Below are positions 61,400 through 64,000 of a stretch of DNA of 64,000 nucleotides, piece after piece. The stretch lies in the NCBI RefSeq assembly GCF_009914755.1, contig NC_060929.1; one strand, written 5' to 3'. Every line of letters begins with the position of its first letter. Position 1 is the first letter of the stretch. The notes under the pieces are model-generated. The model did not search any database and was not told the DNA's origin. It saw nothing but the letters and a program-made list of their open reading frames with translations. The stretch comes from the human T2T-CHM13v2.0 reference genome, Homo sapiens. The position numbers and the translations under genes were made by a program.

Positions 61400-62130
61400 G
61401 TTACTTTGGAATTTTCTACACTAGTATTTTAGAAAAATATGTTACCCTCTGTGAAAATCTGAGGAGAGTTTTAGTAAAATTGCTGTGAATTTTATAGGTT
61501 GATGTATAAAATTGGACATCTGTATGATTTTGAGTCATACCATTTAAGAAAATGGTATGTGTTTCCATTTATCTAATTGCACATTTTACTTCCATTTACT
61601 CATAAGTACATTATTATTTTGGAGCTTTATTATTATAAAAATATTTCCTAATTGTTGGTGCTGGGGGAAAGAATTCTACTAGCTTTTAAATATATTGATT
61701 GTGTATCCAGAATCCTCAATGAAAACTCTTGTTATTTGTACTGTTTTATGTGTAATTTCCCCTGGATAGCTATTAAATGGTCATGAATTATTTTCTGTGA
61801 ATAGTGATGATTTTATTTATTCATTTCAATCTTTCTACCTGTTTGCTTTTCATGCTTTAGTCCAGACCAATGTTAAATTCAAAAAGAGATAGTGATATCC
61901 TTGTCTTGTTATTAGATTTCGAGATGATGGATTAATCTTTCATTATTATATAAGATACTTGCTGAGGTTTTTTTGGTAGATATCCTTTAGAAATTTTAAT
62001 ATATTTGCTTTATTTCTAACTTTTATCTAGAAATTGTGTTAATCATAAATGATGAAAATTTATCATTTTTTTCAATGTCCGTGGTACTAATGATCAGGTT
62101 TTTCTCCAGAGCAAATCTATTAATATCTAC
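61400..62130 (-). mobile_element. L1ME-like ORF2 fragment
   Basis: AATGGTATGTGTTTCCATTTATCTA, ATATCCTTGTCTTGTT, TTTTGGTAGATATCCTTTA. Confidence 0.65.
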
Positions 62131-63160
62131 AGAATAGTATAATGTGAAACACTTCTATATTTCTTAGCTCTAATCTGCAAATGAGGAAAAAATACCTATA
62201 GTGGCTTAAATCATGATATACAACATTCCAGGTTTAGCAAACACTGGCCAGGAATTGAATGTTTTATTTGAACTAAACTCACAGACCAAGAAGTTTTAAG
62301 GCTTATAACAAATTTATTAATTAACAATATGATTGTCTATTTTAGGCAATAAAACATAGCAAATTTAATATAGGTAAAACATAAAATTTTTATTCTCCTT
62401 AACTGTGCTACATAAAGTCACAGAGAGTTGAGATTTAAGTCAGTGTATTTTACTGTGGATTTTATTTCCTTTGAAGAACCAGTGGTTGAATATCAATATC
62501 AATACAGGTATCAATACTCCCAGGATTAAGAAGACTTTTTATCTCTCCTAAAAGAAGTTATTCACAAACATAAAGGAAGGGCTTTTTCCTCCTCATATAA
62601 ATTATTTTGTAATATCTTAGTTCTGTTGTGGTTCAAGTTTGACTCCTCGGAAGAATACTTTAGCCCTGGAGTAGCTTCCATATTGGGAGAGAGGTCAAAT
62701 GTAATCTTTGTGGAAATGTTTGCAATTCAAATTATTTCTATGAATAGAACACCTGGGAATTTTGAGGGAAAAGCTTCTCAGCAGTGTTCTAACTCCTTAT
62801 TGTTTTCATCCCTTTAAGAGCCTGCATGCCAGTAGTCATAAAAGGACAGGTTTTGTTGAGAATCACTTGGAGTAAAGAGGCTTTAAACATATATCAATTG
62901 AAAGATATCTGAATGAAACGACTGATCGAAACAATTTGCCATCTCTAAAAACCCTTAATCAAACTTCTACCCACCCCTGATTTTGGGATAATAAAAACAA
63001 ACTTAATTGAAGTATACAGTAAAATTGGTTATTGATATCTGTAAACATTATCTCAGATAAATCCTGGGAAAACCAAAAGAACAATAATGACGTAGTCTGT
63101 TTGCAAGAATCTTTTGATGATTTTGGTTAATTAATTAAAAACAATTGTTAAATAACATAG

Positions 63161-63534
63161 TGTGTTAGTCTGTTCTCACACTGCTATAAAGAATACCTGA
63201 GAATCGGGTAGTTTATTAAGGAAAAAAGAGGTTTAATTGACTCACAGTTCCACATGGCTGGGGAGGCCTCAGGAAACTTACAATCATGGCCGAAGGTGAA
63301 GGGGAAGCAACCGTCTTCACAAGGAGGCAGGAGGAGGAGAGCAGAGGAAATTGCCATTTATAAAACCATTAGATGTCATGAGAATTCACTCACTGTCATG
63401 AAAACAGCATGAGGGAAACTGCCCCCATGATCCAGTCACCTCTCACCAGATTCCTCCCTCAATACCTGGGGATTACAATTTGGATTATAATTCAAGGTGA
63501 TCTTTGGGTGGGGACACAGAGCCAGACCATATCA
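63161..63534 (-). mobile_element. THE1D/MSTA-like solo LTR
   Basis: TGTGTTAGTCTGTTCTCACACTGCTATAAAGAA...GGGTGGGGACACAGAGCCAGACCATATCA. Confidence 0.92.
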
Positions 63535-63544
63535 CCCAGTATAT

Positions 63545-63680
63545 TACTCCAGAATGTGAGCTCCTTGGGCATCATGGCCTTGTCTATCTTGTTTTTGTTG
63601 AAGTATTATACTCAATATCAAGAACAGTGGCTGGCACACAAGAGGACCTCAATAAACATATGTTTTAAAAGTGAAATAAT
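63545..63680 (+). mobile_element. L2 3'-end fragment
   Basis: AGAATGTGAGCTCCTTGGG...GAACAGTGGCTGGCACACAAGAGGACCTCAATAAACATATGTT. Confidence 0.7.
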
Positions 63681-64000
63681 AAATTATATTCTTTTCATTT
63701 GTAGTAGCCACTAGATTCTAAGTTCGAGTTTTTGTATTGCTTAGTGTTACTCACCTGAGACCTTCACCAATAACATAAGGATAGTTTTCTTTCACATAAC
63801 CACAATGAGTGGGTAATTTCTATGTGATAGGCTCTGAGAATGAGCACTTTTATATTATCTCAGTTAATGTTCTCAATAGCACTGTACTGGATACTACTGT
63901 TGTTTGCATTTTGCAGATAGCAAAGGCTAACGGAAGGTATTTAGTATATAGTGTGGTGGAAAATCAACAGGGTCATACCTTGTATGCTTGTTTCTCTACT

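Overview
This is AT-rich primate genomic DNA (catarrhine, human-like: AluY, LTR12, THE1C and L1PA are present) from a gene desert or deep intron. I see no supportable protein-coding gene, RNA gene or CpG island. The recognisable ORFs are decayed repeats (Tigger1 transposase, L1 ORF2, Alu and LTR frames); the rest look like chance ORFs. Roughly half or more of the window is interspersed repeat: about 23 Alus, several old L1M tracts, two L1PA copies, a full-length THE1C, a solo LTR12, several MaLR LTRs, Tigger1, two MER2, MER53, a solo Hsmar1 TIR, and MIR/L2 fragments. I found no new biological system. The most interesting signals are: (1) a ~106-bp piece of local unique DNA copied into the THE1C 5' LTR, plus several smaller templated-insertion scars; (2) a ~750-bp L1 with its 5' end fused to its 3' end; (3) a candidate 57-nt exon with a textbook 3' splice site; (4) repeat-free, motif-rich candidate enhancers; and (5) a CCAAT-rich LTR12. 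Repeat subfamily names come from recalled consensus features, not from a RepeatMasker/Dfam run, and boundaries of old elements are approximate.
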